A stretch of 64,000 nt of DNA from Candidatus Caenarcanales bacterium. GTDB lineage: Bacteria; Cyanobacteriota; Vampirovibrionia; Caenarcaniphilales; Caenarcanaceae. The notes under the pieces were generated by a model. It worked only from the letters and a program-made list of their open reading frames with translations. It searched no databases and was not told the origin of the DNA. The DNA is taken from NCBI GenBank assembly GCA_030065015.1, contig JASJDU010000002.1, positions 14,615 through 78,614 on the forward strand, in the 5' to 3' direction. The position numbers were made by a program, and so were the translations under genes. Below, one piece after another: positions 41,590 through 52,074 of this stretch (the first letter of the stretch is position 1; each line of letters opens with the position of its first letter).

Positions 41590-42714
41590 ATGGACTATCA
41601 AAAAGTATTAAATAAATCAATAAATGGAGAACGAATTAGTCTTGAAGAAGCTGTTGTTCTTTTCAAAGAAGCTCCTTTAATGGAACTTGGAGAAACTGCT
41701 AATAAAATAAGACACAAATTACATTCAGATCCACGAGTAGTAACTTTTGTTGTTGATAGAAATATTAATTATACAAATGCTTGTACTGCTGGCTGTAGGT
41801 TCTGTGCCTTTGCACATTGGCCAGATGAAAGTAAAGAAAACGACAAAATATATATTCTTAAGTATGAGGAAATTAAGAATAAAATCCATGAGTTAGTCAA
41901 TGAAAATGGGACGCAGATTTTACTACAGGGCGGACATCACCCAGATTTAGGTATTGAATACTACGAAGCTCTTTTTAAAAGAATTAAATCTGACTTTCCT
42001 CACGTGGTTTTGCACGCTCTTTCTCCTTCGGAGATCGATCATATTACAAAAGTTGATAACTTATCTTTGGATGAAACTTTGAACAGGCTAGTTGATTCTG
42101 GTTGGGAGTCTTTCCCTGGTGGTGGAGCAGAAATATTAGTTGATAGGGTTCGGAATATCTTAAGTCCTTTGAAAACGGATTCAGATAGATGGTTGGAAAT
42201 TATGGAGGCTGCTCATAACAAAGGCATCCAGGGTTCAGCAACTATGATGTTCGGACATGTTGAGACTTTTGAAGAGCGTGTTCAACATATGGATAGAATT
42301 AGGAGTCTTCAAGATAAGACTAAAGGTTTTAGGGCATTTATATCCTGGCCATTTCAAAAAGGAGCTACTCCTCTTAGTAAAGATGAAAGACTTCAGGAAG
42401 GAGAAGGCACTGGCGATGGACTAGATTATTTAAGAACTCAAGCGATTAGCCGGATTTTCCTTGATAATATTCAAAATATTCAAGCTTCTTGGGTAACTAT
42501 GGGCTTTGGTATTGGCCAAGTTGCTCTTCAATTTGGTGCAAATGACTTTGGTGGAACCATGATGGAAGAAAATGTTGTTTCTGCTGCCGGAACAATGCAT
42601 AGTAAATCCAATACGGAAGAATTAATCTATCAAATTGGTAAAGCTGCTTATAAGGCAGTACAAAGAGATACTTTTTATAAGCCTATTAAAGAATTTGACA
42701 CCGTTCTTTCTTGA
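41590..42714 (+). CDS. radical SAM enzyme of the futalosine menaquinone pathway (MqnC/MqnE, CofH-like family)
   Basis: CTAGCRFCAF radical SAM cluster motif and the family-typical length (374 aa). Confidence 0.75.
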   Translation: MDYQKVLNKSINGERISLEEAVVLFKEAPLMELGETANKIRHKLHSDPRVVTFVVDRNINYTNACTAGCRFCAFAHWPDESKENDKIYILKYEEIKNKIHELVNENGTQILLQGGHHPDLGIEYYEALFKRIKSDFPHVVLHALSPSEIDHITKVDNLSLDETLNRLVDSGWESFPGGGAEILVDRVRNILSPLKTDSDRWLEIMEAAHNKGIQGSATMMFGHVETFEERVQHMDRIRSLQDKTKGFRAFISWPFQKGATPLSKDERLQEGEGTGDGLDYLRTQAISRIFLDNIQNIQASWVTMGFGIGQVALQFGANDFGGTMMEENVVSAAGTMHSKSNTEELIYQIGKAAYKAVQRDTFYKPIKEFDTVLS

Positions 42715-42827
42715 AACAAATATTATTTTTTTTTAAGTTCGGAGCAATATTCATTGCCAGTGAACGTTAAACAGTTGTAACTATAAAAGTAACTATATAA
42801 ATTTTAGCTATTTAACTTTTTTATAAT

Positions 42828-43577
42828 ATGTCCTTCCCTGTTATCGCAACAATTGGTGCTGCCATTGGGCTTGAATCTGCATTCTCCGGAATGTTCCCAT
42901 CAGCATTGAGAGATAATAATATAGTTCGTGATTTTTGGGATGTAGTATCTTTAAAGAAACAAGCTGCGTGGAATACGCTAGAAATTTCAGTTAGAAATGC
43001 AACAAGTGCAACAAAAAATGAGAATGGAGAGATAGTTTTCCCTGAAGACTATTATGGACCTAACGGTACACAGGCAAGACTCAAAGAGCAGTGGAAGCAG
43101 GTTGTGAGAAAAAGTTCGGATATAGCGTATCAATATTGGACTAGGTTCACTGGAGTTGTTGCTACTGCTGGTGTGGGAACTGCATTGTTTTCGTTAGCTA
43201 AATTTATACCCCATCCTGCTGTTCAATCAATAGCTTTTCTTGGAACATTAGGAACTCAAGCTATAACACTATTCAATGATCATATTCAAGTTAGAGCTTT
43301 GAGTACCTTAAAAGCTGCTATTCAAGGAGATGTTAATGGTCTCGAAAGTTTTAAAAATCATCCTCTTAGTGAACTTGCTAATAATTTCCGTAATGGTGGA
43401 ACAGATATTTTAGGAAAAACAAATGAAAAAATTCTGAAGTTTATCCGTGGTCAAGGTAAGCGTCTCATACACTATAGGTTCTTCCCTGGTATCGCTGGAT
43501 TCTTTGAATCATGGAAAGAATCTATATTCGGAGGTTTAGCTAAATCAATTCAAGAAAAAATTCTTTCTTTTGCTTAA
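42828..43577 (+). CDS. hypothetical protein
   Basis: ORF with ATG; no motif. Confidence 0.4.
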   Translation: MSFPVIATIGAAIGLESAFSGMFPSALRDNNIVRDFWDVVSLKKQAAWNTLEISVRNATSATKNENGEIVFPEDYYGPNGTQARLKEQWKQVVRKSSDIAYQYWTRFTGVVATAGVGTALFSLAKFIPHPAVQSIAFLGTLGTQAITLFNDHIQVRALSTLKAAIQGDVNGLESFKNHPLSELANNFRNGGTDILGKTNEKILKFIRGQGKRLIHYRFFPGIAGFFESWKESIFGGLAKSIQEKILSFA

Positions 43578-43594
43578 TAAATAAATCTTGAATA

Positions 43595-46057
43595 TTATTC
43601 GTTGGTTGAATCAGTATTTTTATTTGCTCTCATCCTTTTTAGAATTTCTGCAATTACGGCGTGTTGCTTGGTTTCTGTTTGAGGTTTATCTTGCGCTTCT
43701 TCAGTTTCAGTATTTTCTAATTCAGTGTTAATTTCTTCGAATGTTGGTTGATTTTTGTCTTGAACTGGAGAGAAATCCTCTGTTACTTCCTCTAAACCTT
43801 CAAATTCTTGAATGTTGCTTTGAGAAGCCATAAGCTCATTTTTAGTTGGGGTTTGTTGGTTGCCTTGATCGAGTTGAAAATCATCAAGATTTACTGTCTG
43901 TTTTTCTTGTGAGAGAGCTGGATTCGTGTTTTGTTCCGATGAATTTGTTTCTTCTTCGAAGCTCATTGAAGTATTAACTTGATATTCGTCAAAATTGTTG
44001 TTCTCCGGTTGAATTTGCTGTTCTGTCTTGGAGGGTGAATCTGAATCTTCAGTGTGAATTGATGGTGGTTGTGAAAACTCCTGAGAGTCTGTCTCTGTTA
44101 CTAATCCACTATCTGTTAATTCATTCTGTGGAGAATTTTGAGAGGAGAAGTTATCTTCTTGGTTTAATGACTCTTGGTGAATTTCGTTTATTTCATTTTC
44201 TTGAGGAGAGTCGTTATAGTTCATTTCTAGTTGAGAAGCTCCAATCTTGCTCAATCTTTCTAAAATGCTGGGTCTTTTAGAAGTAGATTCTTCCATTTGA
44301 GGTTCAGAGTGTGCGCTGCTTTCTTCTGCAAAGTTAGTTTCATTATTAGAAAGAATATTACTTTGCTCTTCTGAATCTTCTGAAAACACTAACTTTTCTT
44401 CAGAATTTTCATTCTCTGATTGAAGCTCAGAAGAGGCACTCTGTGATAATTCTTGAACTTGTTCATTCGCAAAATTCTCTTTGTGTGAATTGGTTACTTC
44501 GTCTTTTTGAATATCCTCTGTTTCCAAATTGTTTGATAGAGATTTCTCTCCCCCTATTTGATGACTGCCTTGGGGAACTAATTCTTCTGTCTCTGTAATC
44601 GAAATTGGTGTGATAGTCTCTGAAATTTCTTGTTTTTCAATTCCTGGAGATTGAACCAGCTCGCTTTCATCTATTACTAAATTAGCTTCACTCTGTTCTT
44701 CAGCCTTCTCTATAGATGTAGACAAGGTTTCTTGTATTTCTTCTTTAGAGGTTTCCTCTTCGGTTTCTAATGACGATTTTGTTTCTTCTTTCTCCAGTTG
44801 CTGTTCTTGTGTTTGCTGAAGAATTGTAGATGTTTTTTCTAAAGCAACCGAATGTTCTGGTACTTCATAACCTTTTTGAAGAAGTTTTTCTGCAATTGCT
44901 TCTGGAACGGGACCCATGACACGTTTCCTGAAAAATTCTCGAGGTACATCAACGCCTTCCGCTTCGAACATATCGAAAAAGGATGGTACATGTCCCGTAA
45001 ATTCAAAATAACCCTCAACTTTGCCTGTATCTTTGTTTCTTTTTGTACTAACGAAACGGCAAATATCTGTGGTTGTGTAATCACCTTTCTCTGTTAATGG
45101 TCCAATTTCTGCTATTTGAACAATTCTTCTACTTCCATCGGATAATCTTGCCGGACAAATGATGAGATCTAAGGCACTAGCTATCATTGAGCGGAGTGCT
45201 ATTAGTGGCATATCAACATCAGCCATTAAAGCAAGGGATTCAATTCTTCTCAATGTATCGGTTGGGGCATTTGCGTGTACGGTGCCCATACATCCACCAT
45301 GACCAGTGTTCATAGCTTGAACCAAATCAAAAGCTTCTCCGGAACGTATTTCTCCAACAATTATTCTGTCTGGTCTAAGACGCAGTGTGGATTTCAAACA
45401 CTGTCTTATGGAAAACTCACCTCTTCCATGTTTATCGGAAGGTTTACCCTCTAAGCTGAGAACGTGTTCTTGGTGAAGTTGTAATTCTCTGGAATCTTCA
45501 ATTGTGATGATTCTATCTTCGTCAGGAATCTTTGCTGCAATGAGGTTTAATAATGTGGTTTTCCCGGAGCTTGTTCCTCCAGATACCATAATATTCTTCT
45601 TTATTTTGACGCAAGCTTCTACAAAACTAACCATTTCTGGGGTTAAGGTATTCTTGCTCACTAAAAAATCTAAGTCACTTACAACTTCTTTAAATCTTCT
45701 AATTGCAAAGATTGGGTCTTTCCCAGAAACTGGTGGCAAAACAATACAAACCCTCGATCCGTCGGGCATTCTTGCATCAACAGAAAAGACATTTTCCATT
45801 AATGGGCGGCCTACATATTGGGCTAAACTATTTACTGCGGAGACTAATGCGTCTTGAGTGAAAACTTCAGGAACCTTTCTTAAACCATTGTTGTCTTCAA
45901 TCCAAATGTCATCATGTGCATTCACCATAACTTCTGCAACATCTGGATTCTCTAAATATTGAGCTATTGGTTTGAAAAAAATACCTGCAAAATCAGCATC
46001 AATTGGCGAAATATTTTTCTGGCTCATTAGATTTTTGGGTCCCCATATTCCTAACAT
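43595..46057 (-). CDS. CpaF/TadA-family type II/IV secretion ATPase with ~400-aa acidic low-complexity C-terminal extension
   Basis: Walker A GGTSSGKTT, ITIEDSRELQL, GEIRSGEAFDLVQAMNTGHGGCMGTVHANAP, then a long E/S/Q/T-rich tail ending AVIAEILKRMRANK. Confidence 0.85.
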   Translation of the reverse strand: MLGIWGPKNLMSQKNISPIDADFAGIFFKPIAQYLENPDVAEVMVNAHDDIWIEDNNGLRKVPEVFTQDALVSAVNSLAQYVGRPLMENVFSVDARMPDGSRVCIVLPPVSGKDPIFAIRRFKEVVSDLDFLVSKNTLTPEMVSFVEACVKIKKNIMVSGGTSSGKTTLLNLIAAKIPDEDRIITIEDSRELQLHQEHVLSLEGKPSDKHGRGEFSIRQCLKSTLRLRPDRIIVGEIRSGEAFDLVQAMNTGHGGCMGTVHANAPTDTLRRIESLALMADVDMPLIALRSMIASALDLIICPARLSDGSRRIVQIAEIGPLTEKGDYTTTDICRFVSTKRNKDTGKVEGYFEFTGHVPSFFDMFEAEGVDVPREFFRKRVMGPVPEAIAEKLLQKGYEVPEHSVALEKTSTILQQTQEQQLEKEETKSSLETEEETSKEEIQETLSTSIEKAEEQSEANLVIDESELVQSPGIEKQEISETITPISITETEELVPQGSHQIGGEKSLSNNLETEDIQKDEVTNSHKENFANEQVQELSQSASSELQSENENSEEKLVFSEDSEEQSNILSNNETNFAEESSAHSEPQMEESTSKRPSILERLSKIGASQLEMNYNDSPQENEINEIHQESLNQEDNFSSQNSPQNELTDSGLVTETDSQEFSQPPSIHTEDSDSPSKTEQQIQPENNNFDEYQVNTSMSFEEETNSSEQNTNPALSQEKQTVNLDDFQLDQGNQQTPTKNELMASQSNIQEFEGLEEVTEDFSPVQDKNQPTFEEINTELENTETEEAQDKPQTETKQHAVIAEILKRMRANKNTDSTNE

Positions 46058-46097
46058 TTAAATAATGCCCAACTTTGTATTAGGTGAAATTACTTTA

Positions 46098-46652
46098 TCA
46101 AAGCCACTTTCCTCCATCTAAGGCAAATACCTGACCACGAATATTGTTATTTTCCGTAAGGAGAGAGTTTACCCTAAACGCAACCTCCTGAAGTGGCACA
46201 GAAGACCAGTCAATATATAATACATTGCATATGATACCGCGTTTTGAATATTCTTTGGAGGATGTTTTTAGGAGTCCAGAAAGTCCTCCTTGTGCTGCTA
46301 GAAATGCAGAATCTATCCCATCTTCATATAACAAGCCATTAGCACCACTATTAACTAAGCATAATATTTGGCCAAATCGCTTTTTCATTCTCACTTGTAC
46401 GAACTTTTGAATTTGCAAAAAGCTCGAAGTTAAGATTTTATTAACAGCTTCGTCTGTATCAGCCAATGCAATAGAATCAGGGAAGGCAATAACCAAAGAT
46501 TCTTGCTCTTCTTCCGCAAGATTTCCAGCAATTTGTAAATCTTTTGAAATGTCTGAGGAAGTTACATAAACCTCTTCCGCTTTCTCTCTAAGATGTCCTA
46601 AAAATTCTGCCGATTTAACTCCTGGCAGTGAGTGGTAAATGAGTTTTTTCAT
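46098..46652 (-). CDS. SDR-fold protein with degenerate cofactor-binding and catalytic motifs (possible pseudoenzyme)
   Basis: Aligns to the SDR at 62752..63528 over the central and C-terminal regions (ends ALDGGKW). It lacks TGxxxGIG, and the Y-x3-K position reads F...Q. Confidence 0.45.
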   Translation of the reverse strand: MKKLIYHSLPGVKSAEFLGHLREKAEEVYVTSSDISKDLQIAGNLAEEEQESLVIAFPDSIALADTDEAVNKILTSSFLQIQKFVQVRMKKRFGQILCLVNSGANGLLYEDGIDSAFLAAQGGLSGLLKTSSKEYSKRGIICNVLYIDWSSVPLQEVAFRVNSLLTENNNIRGQVFALDGGKWL

Positions 46653-46729
46653 TAGCTCTAAAATCTTTTACTTTGTATTTAGTTATTTTAGAGGATATTT
46701 ATTGATGTTTAAGCTAGGCTTTGAGATAT

Positions 46730-48178
46730 TTAACTATTATCAATTTTGTTTTTCATTGCTTCGAACAAAGCATGAATTTCATTTTTTGTTTTTTCGTCTT
46801 TCGTAGATAAGTAACCAAAAACAATTTTTAACTGATCATTATAAAATTCAATATCTCTCTCTTTTGCAGGATTTATTAAGTGATCTATCTTAGTCAGTAT
46901 ATCTCTACCTTTTTCTAAAGAGTTGTATCTTTGAGCAATTGTTCTTACCTCCTTTAGGTCTTTTTCGATTATTTTTAAGTCAGAAGAGTTTCTTAATATG
47001 AGCTTATTTTCTACTCTTACGTTCGAATTATAATTTGGTTCTTTTATGTCTTGATCTTTCCTTTCATCCAATAATGGTTTTAGCCCATCTCTGAACCCTT
47101 TCACAATTGCTTGCTGATAAAGGAATTCCAAGGTTTCTTTATAATTTTCAGACCAGTTTGAGTCTGTGTCTAAGCCTGGTATCTGGGGTAATCCAGTAGG
47201 ATTGCTTATTAGGTATTCTTCCATTATTCTGGAATTTGTAGAACTTGATAAATTGTCAAGGTATTGTGTGATTTTTTTAGCTTCTGTATTCACATGAAAA
47301 TCATCTGTTTGATTCTTTATATAATTGCTTGCTTCTTTTACAATAACCTTATAGCAGTCTAATATTGTGTTTATAAAACTGCTTGCCGTATCAGTTGCAA
47401 TTTCTTTATTTACAGAATAGGAACCATCTCTATAGCTGATTATACGCTTAATATGTTCTATGTCTTTTATCTTTGATGCCTCTAACTCTTTTTGAAGATA
47501 ATCAACGACATCTTTCAACTGAATTTTTACTTGGAGGTTTGAATGGTGGTCTTGTAAGGGTAAATAAAAATCCTTTATTGAGGGCTTTAGTCTATCAAAA
47601 GGAATAATAGATAAATTTTCCTTTTCATTCGGTTTTATTCTTAAAATTGTTTCACTCGAAGTGTCATAAAATATATTTTTTTCAGAACTTGATGCATCAA
47701 TTACGAAGTTAATAAGCTCTTGGTTGTGATTGAAGAGAGTGCTTAAAATACTTACTTTATCGGAATCTAAGGTCTTAAAGTCTGAAACTACTGTTTCTGG
47801 TTTGCTACCGAGGGCTTTGTTTAATTTGTGTACTACTTCCATTGTTCCTCCATGCTCAGGAGAAGGTTGTTTCCTAAATAGAGAGAACATCCACAAGACG
47901 GTAGAAACTATAAATAAACAGTTAGCCACCGGTATTAAAGCATTCATAAACATATTGAGAATATTAGGGTTATTCTCTTCTGAGGAAAGTCCTGATGATG
48001 ACTGATAGCTTAAATTATTTGTTGAAACCGAATTAGCTGAGTTGTTGCTAAGAATTGAATATGAAGTCTGCTCTATTTGGGAGCCTAATTGTTGCTGATA
48101 AGGCAATTCTGGCGAGATGGCTTGAGGATAAATAAGCCGATTTGATGAAATTGATGAGGTTGGACTATATATTTTCAT
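46730..48178 (-). CDS. hypothetical membrane-anchored protein (Ser-rich N-terminus, one TM)
   Basis: ORF; ATG at 48178. Confidence 0.4.
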   Translation of the reverse strand: MKIYSPTSSISSNRLIYPQAISPELPYQQQLGSQIEQTSYSILSNNSANSVSTNNLSYQSSSGLSSEENNPNILNMFMNALIPVANCLFIVSTVLWMFSLFRKQPSPEHGGTMEVVHKLNKALGSKPETVVSDFKTLDSDKVSILSTLFNHNQELINFVIDASSSEKNIFYDTSSETILRIKPNEKENLSIIPFDRLKPSIKDFYLPLQDHHSNLQVKIQLKDVVDYLQKELEASKIKDIEHIKRIISYRDGSYSVNKEIATDTASSFINTILDCYKVIVKEASNYIKNQTDDFHVNTEAKKITQYLDNLSSSTNSRIMEEYLISNPTGLPQIPGLDTDSNWSENYKETLEFLYQQAIVKGFRDGLKPLLDERKDQDIKEPNYNSNVRVENKLILRNSSDLKIIEKDLKEVRTIAQRYNSLEKGRDILTKIDHLINPAKERDIEFYNDQLKIVFGYLSTKDEKTKNEIHALFEAMKNKIDNS

Positions 48179-48295
48179 CAAGTATTTATATAAAATATGA
48201 AATTAAATTACTTGAAACAAGATGGAAAATAGATATACTGATTTTTAATAATATACAATTTAACTTAAGAAAGTCAAAACGTTTTCTTAATAATT

Positions 48296-49138
48296 TTAAT
48301 CCAAATTTTCTAAAAGTGTTTGATTTTTATCTGTGAATAGCTTAAATGCGCTTTTTAATTCATTGTTATTGAATCTTAAAATATCCTCATTCAAAGTTTC
48401 ATTACCTTTTGCCAATCTCACCATACTTTCATATCCACTGGAAGCTAATTTTAAGGCTAATTGCTTAAGTTCTTTATCTTTCGTATCTTCTATAGTTTTC
48501 AATAAGCCAATGGAAATTAGCAAAGGTAAATGGCTAATAAAAGCAACCGCTTGATCGTGTTTTTCTGCTGAAACCTCAATAATATTGGCACCAGTTAATT
48601 CAATAATTTTCTTTAGATTGTTAACTCTTTGAGAAAAAAGAGGCTTTTCATAATTATTAGAACTATCAGAAAGTAAGACCCAGGATTTATTCTCAAATAA
48701 TTCAGGAAAAGCATTTTCAAATCCTCTTTTTTCAGTTCCCGCCATTGGGTGACCACCAATGAAGAAACAGTCTTTTCTTATAGTCTTAGAGGCTTCTTTC
48801 AGCACGTATTTTTTTACACTACCAACATCTGTGACAATAGAATTTGGTTTTAAATAGGGCTGAATTTTCTGAAGAACATTGGTAATACTCCTTAAGGGAA
48901 CGCAAAGAAAAACAAAATCACAATTTATTAGGTTGCTGTAAGAGTCTAGTGAAATGCTGAACGGTGCTCTCTTATATATCTCTAAACTTTCTTTAGAGCA
49001 TGTTTTGCTGTCTTCAAATCCATAAATTTCAAGATTGTGTTCTGAGAGTTTTAACCCCAGGGATCCACCAATCAATCCTAAGCCTATAATTCCTATATTT
49101 ATTTTCTGTAAATTGCTTATTTCAAAATGTGAGCTCAT
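48296..49138 (-). CDS. tyrA: prephenate/arogenate dehydrogenase
   Basis: INIGIIGLGLIGGSLGLKL Rossmann motif and a TyrA-like core. ATG at 49138 (ORF-track TTG at 49162). Confidence 0.8.
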   Translation of the reverse strand: MSSHFEISNLQKINIGIIGLGLIGGSLGLKLSEHNLEIYGFEDSKTCSKESLEIYKRAPFSISLDSYSNLINCDFVFLCVPLRSITNVLQKIQPYLKPNSIVTDVGSVKKYVLKEASKTIRKDCFFIGGHPMAGTEKRGFENAFPELFENKSWVLLSDSSNNYEKPLFSQRVNNLKKIIELTGANIIEVSAEKHDQAVAFISHLPLLISIGLLKTIEDTKDKELKQLALKLASSGYESMVRLAKGNETLNEDILRFNNNELKSAFKLFTDKNQTLLENLD

Positions 49139-49748
49139 GGTTCCAATTATCCATTCATTCAAAACAGTTTTCTTATTTATTCAATTTCTACTTCTTTGTA
49201 TCAATCCTGTAAACGTGAAATCGCAAAAATTAGATGATAATTCCTTGAAATTTAAGTTTAATGGAGTAAATAAGTATATCCAAACAAAACAAGCAAATAC
49301 TGCAGAAATTAGTCTCAATGATTCTCAGATAGAGGAGTATCAACAAAAAGTTCTGCAGAATAAGGTTGCACCAGTACTGCCTCAAAAATTAATTAATCAA
49401 TCGCTGACTCAAACAATAAACTCAAAGCTACCTTCTTTGATAATAATCTTTCAATCTAAAGATCAAAAAAACCGACAAGCTACGCTGGAATTTCTCAAGC
49501 TTTGGAAGTTACACAAAAATAAAATGAATTTTATTTTGATTGACTTGGATGGTCAGCTTAACTATTATGCGAGTCTTCTACTGAAAGAATATTGGAAGGA
49601 TGAAAGCTTGAAAATCATAGCTTTGGATTCTTCAGGTACAATCAGAATTCAGATGAAAAACAGTCATGATTTAATTAATGATTTGTCTCGACTGAATCAT
49701 GATTTGAAAATACTTGAAGCCAAAGATCCACATGGATTTAACAATTAA
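49137..49748 (+). CDS. hypothetical protein (N-terminal hydrophobic segment)
   Basis: First ATG is at 49137 and overlaps the tyrA ATG on the opposite strand (tcATGg). Start and reality are uncertain. Confidence 0.3.
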   Translation: MVPIIHSFKTVFLFIQFLLLCINPVNVKSQKLDDNSLKFKFNGVNKYIQTKQANTAEISLNDSQIEEYQQKVLQNKVAPVLPQKLINQSLTQTINSKLPSLIIIFQSKDQKNRQATLEFLKLWKLHKNKMNFILIDLDGQLNYYASLLLKEYWKDESLKIIALDSSGTIRIQMKNSHDLINDLSRLNHDLKILEAKDPHGFNN

Positions 49749-52074
49749 CTTGATTGACTTTCACAAATTTCGGAACACACCTAAAATGCTTGCTGCGTCA
49801 TATACTGCCATTATTGCTGCCTGCCTTACAGCCTTTTTTATCTTTTTTCAGCCGTTTAACCTTTTTATGCTTTCTTCTGAAAGCAAGTATTTGGACAATT
49901 ACTCACCTTTTAAACCCAACAATAAGCTTGCGGCTGCTATAAAAACCCTTCCTTCCGATAAGAAATTAGCTAAAGAGCAGCTTGAAGAATTGAAAAAGAT
50001 TGTATCACCAGCTAATGATGCTAGACGATTGTACATATTGGCTCAAGTTAATCAGAAAGCTGGAAACATGGAGGAAGCTTTTGAGCAGTATACTTCAATA
50101 AAAAGGAAGTATGTTCCATATTTAGCCGATAGAACCCTTCTTCATATTGCTGAAACCTCTGAAGAATTAGGTTACGAGAAAGCGGTAGTGAATTCTTGTA
50201 ATGAAATAATAAAAAAACACCCTTATTCACTCTCTCGACCAGCTGCTCATTATCTAATTGCTAGATCTTACTTGAGACAAAAGAAGTTAACCGAAGCTAA
50301 AAAGATATTTAAAAAGCTTAGACTCAAATACCCAACTTCTCAGTATGCAACGGGAGCATTATATTACTTAGGTAATTTGTCTTCTAATTCAACGGAGAGA
50401 AATCAATTATGGACCGAGTATTTATCTAAAAGCCCCGACGGAAGGTTCTCGAATGAAATCGTCTTTGAATGGAGTGAAAACCTCGATGAATTAAATAATA
50501 CTCAAAAATCCTTAATGGGTCTCCATCATTATAAAAGAGGTCATTTTAATGATGATCAGAATGAACCACCTTCAAAAGCTTATAAATTAATATACGCAGA
50601 ATCTAACGAGCTTACCTGGATTCCTATCGCAAATCTTCAATTGCAGAATAAAGAGAAAGCAAAAGCTCAGAGAACGCTTCTTAATGGACTGAAAAAATAT
50701 ACCGACTCAAAAGATTTTAAAGATGCCTTGAATTTGCTTTTTAGAAACGCATCTTTTAGAGAAAGAGAAGGCTTCGTAGAGGAGCTTCTTCCTAAATACG
50801 ACTCTCAAGTAGATAAAGCTGCTTACATCCTATGGAGACAGGCCGCTTTCTATAAGCCAAATAGCAATAAAAGAAAAGCTATATACCACAGATTAATAGA
50901 CCAATTACCTCAGTCAAAATATGCTGGTGCTGCTTCTGCTGAGATTTTTTGGAAGATTTTTAAATCTAAAAATTTTCAAGCTGCTAAAAATTTCGGATAC
51001 AAACACTTGGAAAATTATGCAAATTTATCCGAATCGGCAAAAGTATTCTTTTGGTTAGCTAAGCAAGCTGAGTCCGAGAATAGACCACAAAAAGCGAAAA
51101 CCCTTTATAAAAAAATACTTTCAATTCATGAGGATAGTTATTATGCTTTTAGGGCTAAAGGACGATTAGTAGCTCTCAGTGGTGGACAAGATCCTGGGTG
51201 GGCTTTGAATTACGATAAAGATAGGAAGACTCTCAATCTCCGTAGACACTATGATAATAACGATCACTGGGTTTGGCAAATTCCTGAAACGGAGCTTAAA
51301 AAGCTTCATCCAACGATTCAGGAGCTTTTATCTCTAAATTTGTGGCAAGAAACATTGACCTTGCTTCCGAGTAATTATCAAGAAGAATTCCCCGGACTTC
51401 ATTCTTGGGTATTAGCGAGGATAGAAGAGAATATAATAAAATCCACTTCAATAGCTTCTAATCAGTTAGAAGAAAAAGAAGCTGATTTTGAATCTCATCA
51501 TGATTATTGGTTGCTGAGCTTTCCATTTGTGTATTTTGAACATGCTCAAGAATCCGCTAATAGGCATAGAATTGATCCTCTCCTCGTTCAGTCGTTAATG
51601 AGACAAGAATCTCGCTTCCAACATAAAATAGTTTCTCGTTCTAACGCTATTGGATTGTGTCAGCTCCTACCGAGTACTGCTAAAGAGGTTGCGAGACAAA
51701 TAAATTATCCAGTTCCTGACTTTAATAGACTGAAAATTCCTTCTTATAATATTGAGTTGGGGACAAAATATCTTAGCGGTTTGAGAAATAGATTTAATGG
51801 ACAAAACCAACTGGCAGTTGCTGCTTATAATGGTGGCCCCGGTTCTGTCTCTAGATGGTTGAGGCGTAAAGGGAATATGGATCCAGATATGTTTGTTGAA
51901 ACAATTCCTTTTAATGAAACGAGAAATTATGTAATTTATGTCTTTAGAAATTATTGGATTTATCAAAATCTAGCAAACCGAATATATGCTTCTAATGAGA
52001 AAATTACTCTATCAAAGAATAAGAACTCTCAACGGTTTAACTTGCAAGTTGACTATCCTTCAACAGTGCAGTGA
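49732..52074 (+). CDS. slt: soluble lytic murein transglycosylase (Slt70-like: superhelical N-domain + C-terminal SLT domain)
   Basis: The C-terminus (ESRFQ...SRSNAIGLCQLLPSTAKEVA...AAYNGGPGSV) is the SLT catalytic domain; upstream repeats are TPR-like. Start uncertain (49732 or 49786). Confidence 0.8.
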   Translation: MDLTINLIDFHKFRNTPKMLAASYTAIIAACLTAFFIFFQPFNLFMLSSESKYLDNYSPFKPNNKLAAAIKTLPSDKKLAKEQLEELKKIVSPANDARRLYILAQVNQKAGNMEEAFEQYTSIKRKYVPYLADRTLLHIAETSEELGYEKAVVNSCNEIIKKHPYSLSRPAAHYLIARSYLRQKKLTEAKKIFKKLRLKYPTSQYATGALYYLGNLSSNSTERNQLWTEYLSKSPDGRFSNEIVFEWSENLDELNNTQKSLMGLHHYKRGHFNDDQNEPPSKAYKLIYAESNELTWIPIANLQLQNKEKAKAQRTLLNGLKKYTDSKDFKDALNLLFRNASFREREGFVEELLPKYDSQVDKAAYILWRQAAFYKPNSNKRKAIYHRLIDQLPQSKYAGAASAEIFWKIFKSKNFQAAKNFGYKHLENYANLSESAKVFFWLAKQAESENRPQKAKTLYKKILSIHEDSYYAFRAKGRLVALSGGQDPGWALNYDKDRKTLNLRRHYDNNDHWVWQIPETELKKLHPTIQELLSLNLWQETLTLLPSNYQEEFPGLHSWVLARIEENIIKSTSIASNQLEEKEADFESHHDYWLLSFPFVYFEHAQESANRHRIDPLLVQSLMRQESRFQHKIVSRSNAIGLCQLLPSTAKEVARQINYPVPDFNRLKIPSYNIELGTKYLSGLRNRFNGQNQLAVAAYNGGPGSVSRWLRRKGNMDPDMFVETIPFNETRNYVIYVFRNYWIYQNLANRIYASNEKITLSKNKNSQRFNLQVDYPSTVQ

